A program made the translations under genes and the position numbers. A stretch of DNA of 63,625 bases, filler included, from Octopus bimaculoides (lineage: Eukaryota), in NCBI RefSeq assembly GCF_001194135.2. It is 5 parts of 5 records of this genome, joined end to end, with 100 filler letters (N's around TTAATTAATTAA, not from the genome) between each part and the next. Parts side by side here need not be neighbours in the genome. Positions count along the whole stretch, not along the records: positions 34,493 to 55,050 come from NC_069000.1; 4 more parts are not named here. One strand, 5' to 3'. The notes beneath the pieces are model-generated. The model worked only from the letters and a program-made list of their open reading frames with translations, did not search any database and was not told the DNA's origin. Below are positions 39,724-51,654 of the stretch, piece after piece; the first letter of the stretch is position 1, and each line of letters opens with the position of its first letter.

Positions 39724-39754
39724 ACACACACACACACACATATGATATATATAT

Positions 39755-39915
39755 ATACGACGAACTTCTTTCAGTTCCCGTCTACCAAATCGACTCACAA
39801 GGCTTTGGTCGGTCCGAGATTATAGTAGAGGACACTTACCCCAGGTGCAACACAATGGGACTGAACTCAGAACCATGTGGCTGGGAAGCAAACTTCTTAC
39901 CACACAGCCATACGT
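39755..39915 (-). repeat. SINE family S2 fragment
   Basis: CACAAGGCTTTGGTCGG..GGGACTGAACTCAGAACCATGTGG matches 49160-49330. Confidence 0.8.
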
Positions 39916-40316
39916 ATGTATAAATACACACACACGCACACACACACTTGGATCCAACTTGTACAAATGCAAAGCAGAAGTCAAACAAAAAATAATAATA
40001 ATAATATTGCCGAACGACCTGCCACTCAAATGATTTGTTTTTATTCTGATCAAATGCATGTGCCGCCGCCGTGCATTAGTTCACTCCCTCCTCCATCAAA
40101 GTGACGTTGCCTGAATTGGTGCACAGGCGTCAAAGTGATCATAGAGCAACGTGAATTGCAGTGTTTTTCTCAGGAACACAACGTACCACTCTGTCTAGGA
40201 ACTGAAACCACGATCTCGCGGTCGTAGTGCAACACCTTAACCATTAGGCCATGCGCCCTCATTATATATATATATGTGCGCGCGCGCGTGTGTATTTGCG
40301 TGTACTTCAGAGCTGT

Positions 40317-40633
40317 CTAGTTCAGACGAAGCATTTTCAATGCTGATGCTTCTTCCGTCAAAAGGCGCCTGCGGAAACGCCCCACCCAAGGCATCCACGT
40401 TTCCATTGACGCCACAGAAGGAAACACCGGGAATCTGAGAATAAAAGAAGCCATCATCAGTAGCAAGACCAAACCACAGATTGATAACCGAACCGAACTG
40501 CGCGCAACTGAATAGTGGTGCCATCTTATCCATGCAAAGCAAAGTTTGATATGCATTGAGGCATACGCACAATGCAGAGCAGAAAATCTAGCTTGCAACA
40601 CTAAATCTCCGAAGATTTCCTTAAGAAAGGGTC
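40317..40633 (-). CDS. Possible terminal exon of the TSP1 receptor gene (unverified)
   Basis: GC/CpG-richer island with an open frame to a stop at 40317. A ttag|GA acceptor after a pyrimidine tract gives phase 1, matching the TM exon donor. No recognisable domain. Confidence 0.25.
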
Positions 40634-40736
40634 CTAACTCCAAATATGGAAATACAAGATAAAAGTAAAATCGCTGACTTCTATCTTATTTTTTATTACT
40701 GACATTGTTTAGGGTTTACTAAAAAAAAAATTGAAC

Positions 40737-40782
<46 letters not shown>

Positions 40783-40894
40783 GTCACATATATAGATATA
40801 GTTGAAAAATATCGTTATAGGTATAAATATACCATAAACAATTAGAACAATGGAGGAGAAAAAGATGTTGAGTCAAAATTAGATTTAATACGAA

Positions 40895-41012
40895 ATAGGA
40901 TTCTGTAAATACGCGCGTTTCAAAAGACAATACAAATATGTAAGAAAAAATTATAATCATAGTAATTATAAATAAATTTATGCATTGTCATTTTCATCAG
41001 TGTGAGGAATTT
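40895..41012 (-). ncRNA. Hammerhead motif with extended stem II (copy 3, best preserved)
   Basis: CTGATGA (41000-40994), ~12-bp stem II base, GAAA, perfect palindrome ACGCGCGT (40911-40918), GUA triplet. Confidence 0.65.
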
Positions 41013-42544
41013 TTGTAAGGACATCAAAAAAAGGTTTAATAAAATAAAGTAAATGAAANNNNNNNNNNNNNNNNNNNNNNNNNNNNNNNNNNNNNNNNNN
41101 NNNNNNNNNNNNNNNNNNNNNNNNNNNNNNNNNNNNNNNNNNNNNNNNNNNNNNNNNNNNNNNNNNNNNNNNNNNNNNNNNNNNNNNNNNNNNNNNNNNN
41201 NNNNNNNNNNNNNNNNNNNNNNNNNNNNNNNNNNNNNNNNNNNNNNNNNNNNNNNNNNNNNNNNNNNNNNNNNNNNNNNNNNNNNNNNNNNNNNNNNNNN
41301 NNNNNNNNNNNNNNNNNNNNNNNNNNNNNNNNNNNNNNNNNNNNNNNNNNNNNNNNNNNNNNNNNNNNNNNNNNNNNNNNNNNNNNNNNNNNNNNNNNNN
41401 NNNNNNNNNNNNNNNNNNNNNNNNNNNNNNNNNNNNNNNNNNNNNNNNNNNNNNNNNNNNNNNNNNNNNNNNNNNNNNNNNNNNNNNNNNNNNNNNNNNN
41501 NNNNNNNNNNNNNNNNNNNNNNNNNNNNNNNNNNNNNNNNNNNNNNNNNNNNNNNNNATATATATATTTGGTGCAATACTTACTTAACATACTTTGTGTG
41601 TCTTCATGGAAAAGAATACTTTCAGATGCGGCTCCATATGCTGAAAATATGAATACAAACAGGTTTTGTTTGGTGTTTTGAAAGTTTGGAATATCTGGGC
41701 CAAATCGGCGAACGGGAAAAGACTAAGAGGAGAAGTTTCAGACCGAATCGGGATACTTTCTCAGCAGATAAAACCATATATACGTATACGCATGCATGCA
41801 TGTATCTATCCATCCATCCGTCCGTCCGTTCGTACATACATACATACATACATACATACATACATACATACCTATTGTCGCGAAACGCAGACATACACAC
41901 AACACAAACATAAACACCAAACACAAACACATACACTCACATATACTCATTAGAAGCGCATCGACAAGTACACATATACGGATATGTATGCATTAGCACA
42001 CACGCCAACAGGGCAACTTGTATGTGTAGTTTGACCAGGTAGAAATAATAGTCCGATATTCTTCATGTCATATCGCACCGTCTTAAAAATGTAAGGAAAC
42101 ATTGGATAATGTAGGCCAAGGTACACTTAGCCTGAATGAAACTAGGGATGAACACGGGGTGGGAATGCATCTTTGATCACAGATTTCCCTTGGTTTAGAC
42201 AACAATACATACAGTTACTAGCACTAGCAACACATAACACTCGCACACACACACGTACTTTCTCGCATACACACACATACACACGTACGTATTTTCTCGC
42301 ATACACACATACACGCACAATATCTTAATTAGGCATCATGCTGATTTTGTTGAAAAGCAAAGTGGGAGAGAATATTTAAAGAATGATTAACCTGAGCGAA
42401 GTGACATAAAGTACCTTGCTCAAGGACACAACGTTTTACCCAAACCAGGAGCCGAACTCACTATCTGGTAACCACGAGCAGAACAAACCTAACCATTCGA
42501 CCATCACTTTTCCAGTCCAGCTCTGTATGCGTATTGGATTAACA

Positions 42545-42958
42545 TTTTAGCACAGGACCATCAATTTCGGGATGGGGGTATGTCGATTACATCAACCCCA
42601 GTGCGTAACTGGTACTTATTTTATTGACCCTGAAATCATAAATGGCAAAGTCGACCTCGGCAGAATTTGAACTCAGAACGTAGCGACGGGTGAAATACCG
42701 CCAAGCATTTCGCCCGGTGCGCTAACGATTCCCCCAGCTCACCGCCTTATTATTATTATTGATGATAATAATAATAATGGTTTCAAATTTTTCCACAAGG
42801 GCAGCCATTTTGGGAGAAGGGATTAAGTCGATTATATTGAAAGGATGAAAGGCAAAGTCGACCGCAGCGGGATTTGAACTCAGAACGTAAAGACGGACGA
42901 AATGCCGCTAAGCATTTTGTCCGGCGAGTTAACCATTCTGCCAGCTCTCTGCCTTCGC
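42545..42958 (-). repeat. Two tandem SINE S1 copies (42545-42752, 42783-42958)
   Basis: GGCAAAGTCGACC..GAATTTGAACTCAGAACGT..AAGCATTT in both. Confidence 0.85.
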
Positions 42959-43015
42959 TATGTATGCTTATTAAAATTTTAAAAATGATTATGTATAAGC
43001 ACCCTATCCATTTAC

Positions 43016-43153
43016 CAGCGGCGATTCCTTTCCGATTGCGACTCCAGAGAATTATTACCGCCAAAATCAAAAAGACAAGAAGCACGAAGCAAACGGAACT
43101 GAGAACAATGGCGATTGGGACACTCGTTTCCGATTTTCTCACGTTGGTTTTTT
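43016..43153 (-). CDS. TSP1 receptor gene exon 6: transmembrane helix + basic stop-transfer
   Basis: cag|AA acceptor; VPIAIVLSSVCFVLLVFLILAVIILW SRNRK; G|gtaaat donor; 138 nt, phase 1-1. Confidence 0.85.
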
Positions 43154-43550
43154 CTGTTAGAAAAATAAAATGGAAGAAAATATATAAGCAATAAGAATCA
43201 GAAAACAAGACAAAAATGCAATGAAATAAATAATTCAAATAAAAGCGTTTGAAGTGCTCTTTGCCCTAAAATTGGGTGAAGGATAAGATTGTGTCTTTAC
43301 TATGAGCAGAGACAACACATGCGTACGCACACACACATACGTACACACACACACACACGTACACACACTCTCTCTCTCTCTCACATACACACACACACAC
43401 AAACACACATTCTCTCTCACACACACACAAGCACGCACGCACACATTCACACTCTTATGTACACGGTCTCGTATACACACGAGCATGTAAATTTCCAGTC
43501 AAGAAAAACAAATTAGACACGAAAAGAAAATTCAAAACAGGTTTACTCAC

Positions 43551-43742
43551 GCATTGTTGTGACGGAAGGTAAACTGTTTTTAGTGCAAATCGTTGACATG
43601 CAGGCTCGAATTTGTTGCGCAGCACCTTCACACATTGGAGACCCGAAAGGGTTCAGACAAGATCGAGTGCGTATCTGGATCCCTTCGTTGCAATTTCCAA
43701 CACACTGGCTCCATTCAAACCAAGACGTCCATTCGTTATCCA
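43551..43742 (-). CDS. TSP1 receptor gene exon 5: thrombospondin type-1 repeat 2
   Basis: WTSWFEWSQCVGNCNEGIQIRTRSC..CEG..QIRAC..IC; ag/gtgagt borders; 192 nt, phase 1-1. Confidence 0.92.
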
Positions 43743-43746
43743 CTGC

Positions 43747-43788
<42 letters not shown>

Positions 43789-44014
43789 ATGTGTATGTGT
43801 GTGTATGTATGTATATATACATGTGTATATTTTTGCATGTATGTATGTCATTTTTCAGTTTTATTTCAAGATTTCTTGCCAATAAAGAAAATCCCGGTTT
43901 CTAACCTAGATCCAAAGAATTCATTGGAATTTCAACATCAACAACAGCATATTTTTGTATGTATGGATGTATGTATGTATGCATGTAGGCATGTAAAAAT
44001 AAATCGAAAGTTAT

Positions 44015-44502
44015 AATGAATAAACGCTCCAATCGGTCAAAACGACTTTATAACATTCCCATATTATCATAAATCGAACATAAATATATATTAAAACACC
44101 TATATACGAATAAGAGGGGTGATAAAACCAAAAACTGTAATACGAGTGAAGTCGAATGCAGAAAAATATATGGATTAAATTAATGCATAATAAAAGCAAC
44201 TAAGAATTTAAGGCTACGAAACTAAAACGATATAAATATATATAAAAATGTTGGGCAAAGTAGAAACCAGAAAAGAGTCCATTCTAATCCATCTCTACGA
44301 TCGTTTCAAATGACGTTGGTTCATTTCGTCAGTGTAAAACCCTTTTAGGTCTTATCACCTTTTATTCGTATATATGTGTATATTTTATACTATTGCGTTT
44401 TACCATTGGATGCCTTGATGTTTTAATATATATTTATGTTCGATTTATGATAATATGGGAATGTGATATAGTTGTTTTGACCGATTGCAGCGTTCATTCA
44501 TT
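44015..44502. repeat. Intronic inverted repeat (arms ~44015-44135 and ~44343-44502)
   Basis: CCCATATTATCATAAATCGAACATAAATATATATTAAAACA versus its reverse complement at ~44420-44460, with flanking matches. Confidence 0.85.
44290..44340 (-). ncRNA. Intronic type I hammerhead-like motif, sense to the host gene
   Basis: CTGACGA (44332-44326) AATGA-loop-TCATTT GAAA CGATCG TA; perfect palindrome ACGATCGT. Stem I pairing is weak. Confidence 0.6.
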
Positions 44503-45020
44503 GCACCTTTCCATTTCTTTCTCCTTTCGCCTCGGTGTCACCTGAGCACTTCCAGCTGCGGTTCTATTTTTATTCTTCGATCTAACGAAATTATAAAATT
44601 ATCCTCATATATGTATGAATGTATGAATGTATGCATGTATGTATGTATGTATGTATGTATGTATGTATGTATGTATGTATGTATGCATGCATGTATGTAT
44701 GTATGTATATTTTTTGCATTGCAAAGGTAATGAACAAAGTAAGTTTGCAAAATGTATTAGTTTAACGCTTAAAAAGGATGGTAAAGTGTCTTAGCGTTTC
44801 GGACACTCGTTCTTCACCAAAAAATGTAGATAAGAAAAGTAAAGCAGGAGTGTGAATTAGAATAAAGTGATAGAGGAGTGGAAGAAAAAAATTAAGCGAG
44901 TGGTTAAGGGCCGCGTTGGGAGTTAAGAAGGCAGGAACTATTCCTCCTTTCCTGGGAGGGGTTGCAAATGAAAAAGAAAGAGAAATAAACAATGACAACA
45001 GCAACAAAATTTGTACTCAC

Positions 45021-45212
45021 GCATTGATGTGGGAGTAGGTAAACTGTCTTTTGAGCAGATATCTGAATTGCAAGTTCGAATCTCTTCGGCTGCGCCTTCA
45101 CACGTAGGCCCTCCAAATGGGTTCAAGCAAGATCGTGTTCGTATCTGGAAACCTTCGTTGCAAGTTCCGACACAAATGCTCCATTCAAACCAAGTTGCCC
45201 AATTGCTGTCCA
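45021..45212 (-). CDS. TSP1 receptor gene exon 4: thrombospondin type-1 repeat 1
   Basis: WATWFEWSICVGTCNEGFQIRTRSC..CEG..EIRTC..IC; ag/gtgagt borders; 192 nt, phase 1-1. Confidence 0.92.
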
Positions 45213-45269
45213 CTGGAATATATATATATATATATATACAGTATATATATCTCTGTGTGNNNNNNNNNN

Positions 45270-45313
<44 letters not shown>

Positions 45314-45910
45314 CAATCACACGCACACACAGACACACATAAAGGTAATCTTCATATCCAACTTAACACTGTTAGAACATCGAATACCGCGTTATTAGTC
45401 TTGAGAGATCCTCTCATATAGGCGCTTGGTGCATAAAAGTATACACATAAATTAATGAGTTATGCAACATATCGCTTTGAAAAACAAGTGAACTGTCAAT
45501 CATGCATTATTGTTATGAAATTTAGCGAATATTTGAACTTTTATTTATTTCTATTACCTTGAAATTCATTGAACAATGGAATTCGTATGAACATGTGATT
45601 TTTAAAAACATATTTTACCGAATTTTCCTTTGTACGTTAATCTCTGTTAAAAATTTTATTTTATTTGCCACTGAAAACTAAGTATTGTTGAAACCGGTAT
45701 GCTGTTTTAATCAATATGTCAAAACAATTTAAAACTACAATTCATTTTAAGACTCAGGGGCATTTCACCCCCAAACCAACTCACACACACACACGCACAC
45801 ACACGCACACGCACACACACACACACACACACACAACATATATACATTATATATACACATACAAGCGCATTCATGTTTTGAGTTCTATTTGCACCACCAA
45901 AACTCTCTCT

Positions 45911-45959
<49 letters not shown>

Positions 45960-46488
45960 TTATGACTATATGCAGAAGGTGTATATAAATGAATGATATA
46001 TATGTATATATGTGAGTGTGTGTGTGTGTATTAGTGTATACATATGTATGTATATATGTATGTATATAACGCAGCGAGTATCTTTTTTGAAATACATCTT
46101 TCATAAACGAAATCTTTATCTTATTCATTTATTTACGTATGGGTTATCAATGTTATTCCAAGACTTCACGTTGCTAAATATGAATTCAAAATGTCTAAGA
46201 ATCTCTCCTTTAAAATGTTTCTATTTTTACAAGAAGTTTTCTTTTCAACCAATGTTGTTGATGTTGTACTCTTGTTCGTCACGACTATGTGCAGCAGATA
46301 TCTCAACCGGACGAAAGCTACGTTTCCAGTTTCGGCATACGATCGTTTGTCGTGTGGGTGCACAAAGCACTATGAAAATCTGAGCATGTTGTTATTTTTC
46401 CATTAACCAGCATATTCCACCCACCTATGTCTTTATGCAGAAGGTGTGTGTGTGTGTGTGTATGTGTGTGTGTGTGTTTGTGTGTGTA

Positions 46489-46825
<337 letters not shown>

Positions 46826-48052
46826 NNNNNNNNNNNNNNNNNNNNNNNNNNNNNNNNNNNNNNNNNNNNNNNNNNNNNNNNNNNNNNNNNNNNNNNNNNN
46901 NNNNNNNNNNNNNNNNNNNNNNNNNNNNNNNNNNNNNNNNNNNNNNNNNNNNNNNNNNNNNNNNNNNNNNNNNNNNNNNNNNNNNNNNNNNNNNNNNNNN
47001 NNNNNNNNNNNNNNNNNNNNNNNNNNNNNNNNNNNNNNNNNNNNNNNNNNNNNNNNNNNNNNNNNNNNNNNNNNNNNNNNNNNNNNNNNNNNNNNNNNNN
47101 NNNNNNNNNNNNNNNNNNNNNNNNNNNNNNNNNNNNNNNNNNNNNNNNNNNNNNNNNNNNNNNNNNNNNNNNNNNNNNNNNNNNNNNNNNNNNNNNNNNN
47201 NNNNNNNNNNNNNNNNNNNNNNNNNNNNNNNNNNNNNNNNNNNNNNNNNNNNNNNNNNNNNNNNNNNNNNNNNNNNNNNNNNNNNNNNNNNNNNNNNNNN
47301 NNNNNNNNNNNNNNNNNNNNNNNNNNNNNNNNNNNNNNNNNNNNNNNNNNNNNNNNNNNNNNNNNNNNNNNNNNNNNNNNNNNNNNNNNNNNNNNNNNNN
47401 NNNNNNNNNNNNNNNNNNNNNNNNNNNNNNNNNNNNNNNNNNNNNNNNNNNNNNNNNNNNNNNNNNNNNNNNNNNNNNNNNNNNNNNNNNNNNNNNNNNN
47501 NNNNNNNNNNNNNNNNNNNNNNNNNNNNNNNNNNNNNNNNNNNNNNNNNNNNNNNNNNNNNNNNNNNNNNNNNNTATATATATATATATATTTATTTATT
47601 TAACCAGGTGACTTCCATAGGGTTACGGCCGTTTCGTAATTATCTTCGTGTAGTAAAATTTCTGCACGCAAGAAATTATGCGTACATGTTTGCATGTTAG
47701 GCTTCCACACAATTTCTGTCTACCAAATTCACTCACTTAGAAGAAGACATTTGCTCAAGGTACCACACCGTGAGACTGAACCTAAAACTGCATGGCTGCA
47801 AAGCGAATTTCTAAACCACACAGCCATTTCATGTACCTTAATGTAATATTTAATTTTTCTTTCACTTGTTTCAACCAGAGGCTGTGGTCATGCTGGGGTA
47901 AACCATTATAATAAATATTTTTAATTGATAATGTATGATCTTAAATACGCCGTCTTGACATGCTTCTTTTTTGAGCACTTGTTATTTCGGGTTAAAAACT
48001 TTCTGCTCGTTTAATAAATTCTTAAATGGGAAATTTATTTAGTGATACACAC

Positions 48053-48118
<66 letters not shown>

Positions 48119-48484
48119 NNNNNNNNNNNNNNNNNNNNNNNNNNNNNNNNNNNNNNNNNNNNNNNNNNNNNNNNNNNNNNNNNNNNNNNNNNNNNNNNNN
48201 NNNNNNNNNNNNNNNNNNNNNNNNNNNNNNNNNNNNNNNNNNNNNNNNNNNNNNNNNNNNNNNNNNNNNNNNNNNNNNNNNNNNNNNNNNNNNNNNNNNN
48301 NNNNNNNNNNNNNNNNNNNNNNNNNNNNNNNNNNNNNNNNNNNNNNNNNNNNNNNNNNNNNNNNNNNNNNNNNNNNNNNNNNNNNNNNNNNNNNNNNNNN
48401 NNNNNNNNNNNNNNNNNNNNNNNNNNNNNNNNNNNNNNNNNNNNNNNNNNNNNNNNNNNNNNNNNNNNNNNNNNNNNNNNNNNN

Positions 48485-48521
<37 letters not shown>

Positions 48522-48892
48522 TGCATTCACACACACTCAGACAAGCACGCATGCGTGTATATAAAGCTATGAATACACGAAGGAACTAACAGGTTGTATT
48601 ATTCGGGTATCTGGATGACACAGCTGATGTGAGTTGATGATAGGGAGACTTAGTGATAAAAAACTTGTTTTTAAGGGTACTTACTGTATCACAAGAGGTT
48701 TGAAATATATCCGATGAATCATATCATAGATCGAAAGGTGAAAAGAAACACGACAATAAGAATACATAAAAGAGTAGTTCTAAGAAGTATTCTAAATATC
48801 CATAAACAGTTTCCGCCTACCAAATCCATCTACAAGGCTTTGGTCGGCCCGAGGCTACGGAAGACACTTGCCCAAAGTGCCACGCAGTGGGC

Positions 48893-48914
<22 letters not shown>

Positions 48915-48925
<11 letters not shown>

Positions 48926-49324
48926 ACTCTTTTACTCTTTTACTTGTTTCAATCTTTTGACTGTGGCCATGCTGGAGCACCACCTTTAGTCGAGCAAATC
49001 GACCCCAGGACTTATTCTTTGTAAGCCTAGTACTTATTCTATCGTCTCTTTTGCCGAACCGCTAAGTTACGGGGACGTAAACACACCAGAATCGGTTGTC
49101 AAGCGATGTTGGGGGGACAAACACAGACACGCAAACATATACACACACATACATATATACACATATATACGACAGGCTTCTTTCAGTTTCCGTCTACCAA
49201 ATCCACTCACAAGGCTTTGGTCGGCCCGAGGCTATAGTAGAAGACACTTGCCCAAGGTGCCACGCAGTGGGACTGAACCCGGAACCATGTGGTTGGTAAA
49301 CAAGCTACTTACCACACAGCCACT

Positions 49325-49330
<6 letters not shown>
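48915..49330 (-). repeat. Near full-length SINE family S2
   Basis: Minus strand: GGCTGTGTGGTAAGTAG..GGTTCCGGGTTCAGTCCC head ... GGTGCTCCAGCATGGCCACAG tail + (GTAAAAGA) repeats. Confidence 0.9.
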
Positions 49331-49357
<27 letters not shown>

Positions 49358-49629
49358 CATTACAGCAACATTTTCTACATCTTAACCGATGAGCGATGGA
49401 GCGGCGAAACTCTGAGTGATGTTGTTATAATAAACAATATACATACATATACGGCGATTGCTTCATCTTCACAGATGCTTGTCGTCATTTCTAATGATAT
49501 TTCTAACTTTCCATCCAAGACCTCCCAGATGACTATTCAATCCCGTTGTCGGCATACAAACATTCATAACCCTCCACACACACACACACACACACAACAA
49601 TACATTCATCTTTATATATACATCTAGCA

Positions 49630-49870
49630 CTCCGTCTGCTCGTGAAATTAACGTGTAAGCGACTGAGCGCTCTACAGACTCGCGTACCCTTAACGTTGTT
49701 CTCGAGGAGATTTAGGGCGATACAAAATGTAACAAGGCCGGCCCCTTTTGAATTACAGGTACAACTCATTTTTGCCACCTGAGAGAACTGGAGCAGCGTA
49801 AGATGAAGTGTCTTGCTCGAGGACACAACGCCTCCCCAGGTATCGAACTCGCGACCTTTACACGTCGCCA
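49630..49870 (-). repeat. CORE-like SINE (S3-type)
   Basis: GAGTTCGATACC B-box and GTTGTGTCCTCGAGCAAGACACTTCATC on the reverse strand. Confidence 0.65.
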
Positions 49871-50020
49871 TTACACTCATGCTTACAGTTATACTCAAAT
49901 CGCACACAAAATACAATTTCGGAAGCAAAGTGTCTCAGAAAAACACTCTCATAAAACAGAAACAATACAATGCCAAACACGTCTCTTCTAATTCTAGATA
50001 GATTATCGCCCTTTACTTAC

Positions 50021-50183
50021 TGTCAACATAAAATTCGACTTCTCGGAAGCCATTGTTGTAGCTGGAATATACGGAGAGAACAGTGATGTTTACAGAACTT
50101 GTCAAGACTGGTTTTAGGTCAAAGGTGTCCCAAATTGCAAGTTCATCTTTCCAAGAAGTTCCATTGTTTTCGCTGAGAGTAAA
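50021..50183 (-). CDS. TSP1 receptor gene exon 3: C-terminal half of the F5/8C-like domain
   Basis: ttttag|TTT; FTLSENNGTSWKDELAIWDTFDLKPVLTSSVNITVLSVYSSYNNGFREVEFYVD; A|gtaagt; 163 nt, phase 0-1. Not in the supplied ORF track. Confidence 0.88.
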
Positions 50184-50399
50184 CTAAAACAAGAAAGAAA
50201 GAAGAATGAACGAGAAAAAGTAAAAATTGTAAAAAAAATATTCACGCTTGCACACAAAAAAGACTTTTTGAAAAAAACGTGATGAAAATATGACGAGAAC
50301 AGATGTGTGATATAAGTATGTATGTATGTATGTATGTATGTATGTATGTATGTATGTATGCATTATGCATGTATGTATGCATGCATGTATGTAGGCATC

Positions 50400-50610
50400 C
50401 TTTCTACTATAGGCACAAGGCCTGAAATTTCGGAGGAGGGATAGTCGATTACATCGACCTCAGTACACAACTGGTACTTATTTTATCGACTCCGAATGGA
50501 TGAAAGGTAAAATCAATCTCGGCGGAATTTGAACTCAGGACGTAAAAACGGACGAAATGCCGATAAGCATTTCGTCCGGTGTGGTAACGATTCTTCCACC
50601 TCGCCGCCTT
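50400..50610 (-). repeat. SINE family S1
   Basis: Reverse complement of the S1 consensus. Confidence 0.8.
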
Positions 50611-50806
50611 CATTTGGTTATGTAATAATGATTCCGAACAATAACCAATCAATGAATAGTTTATCTCAATCAAATAAACAAGCAGGAACATTGATTGAAT
50701 GCAGTAACCCAATGAAATTACGGTATATTAGTTATATTAAATGAATGCAATTCAGTCTGTAACCGGAAGCAAGGAAAATACAAAAACAAAAACCGGAAGT
50801 ACTCAC

Positions 50807-51078
50807 CGTTTGAGTGGAACCATCGCTAAAGGCCATCAAAATATCCTTTGATTGTTCGTGTGCACTGGAATGCTGCATGATCCTGGTTCGTTTGAGTAAA
50901 TAAAAGGAAGAGAAGCCGATTTTGATCCATGAACCTACTCCTTCAAACCGACTCATCCACATGCTGTTGTGATCCAGTTTTCCGTCGATGGCTTCGCCAC
51001 ATGTAGTGATGTTACTGTACGAGGAAGAAACTCCCATACAACGCCCGCCATTTTTACGACAAGCAACGTTAAACATAT
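50807..51078 (-). CDS. TSP1 receptor gene exon 2: N-terminal half of the F5/8 type C (discoidin/galactose-binding-like) domain
   Basis: NVA..GGRC..SSSY..CGEAIDG..W..EGVGSWIKIGF..FSDGSTQT; cag|AT and ACG|gtgagt; 272 nt, phase 1-0. Confidence 0.88.
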
Positions 51079-51183
51079 CTGGTTAAATTGGAGACAAAAA
51101 TTAGAAACGAAAAACAAATGGAAGAAAATAGGGGCAAAAAAGGGTGTAGAAAATGTAATAAATAAGTAATTAAAATAACTATG

Positions 51184-51184
<1 letters not shown>

Positions 51185-51229
<45 letters not shown>

Positions 51230-51367
51230 ACTCTCGTTCGTTCGTTCGTTCGTTCCTTCTTTCTTTCTTTCGTTCGTTCGTTCGTTCGTACCTTTCTTAC
51301 TTCCTTCCTTCTTTCCTTCCCTCCTCCCCATCTTCCTTCCTTTCTCTCTTACACATTTGTGAATACG

Positions 51368-51398
<31 letters not shown>

Positions 51399-51420
51399 GT
51401 GTGTGTATGTATTAATGTAT
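51185..51420. repeat. Compound tetranucleotide microsatellite (TTTC, TTCG, TATG)
   Basis: Directly visible. Confidence 0.9.
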
Positions 51421-51654
51421 GTATGCATGTGTGTGTGTCTGTGTGTCTGTGTGCGCACATACATGTTAATGGGTTTGCTCATCACCAGAATTCCCGTCGT
51501 TATCAACGGAACAATCTGTTTATTTATTCAAAGGCTTAATATTCCGTTGACACTTACGTTTTACTTAACGCGGTATTGTGTGGCGAGACATGGCTTTCGA
51601 ATCACAACAGTTCAACTGTTAAACAATTCCAAATATTTTCCCTTGCCTTATTTT

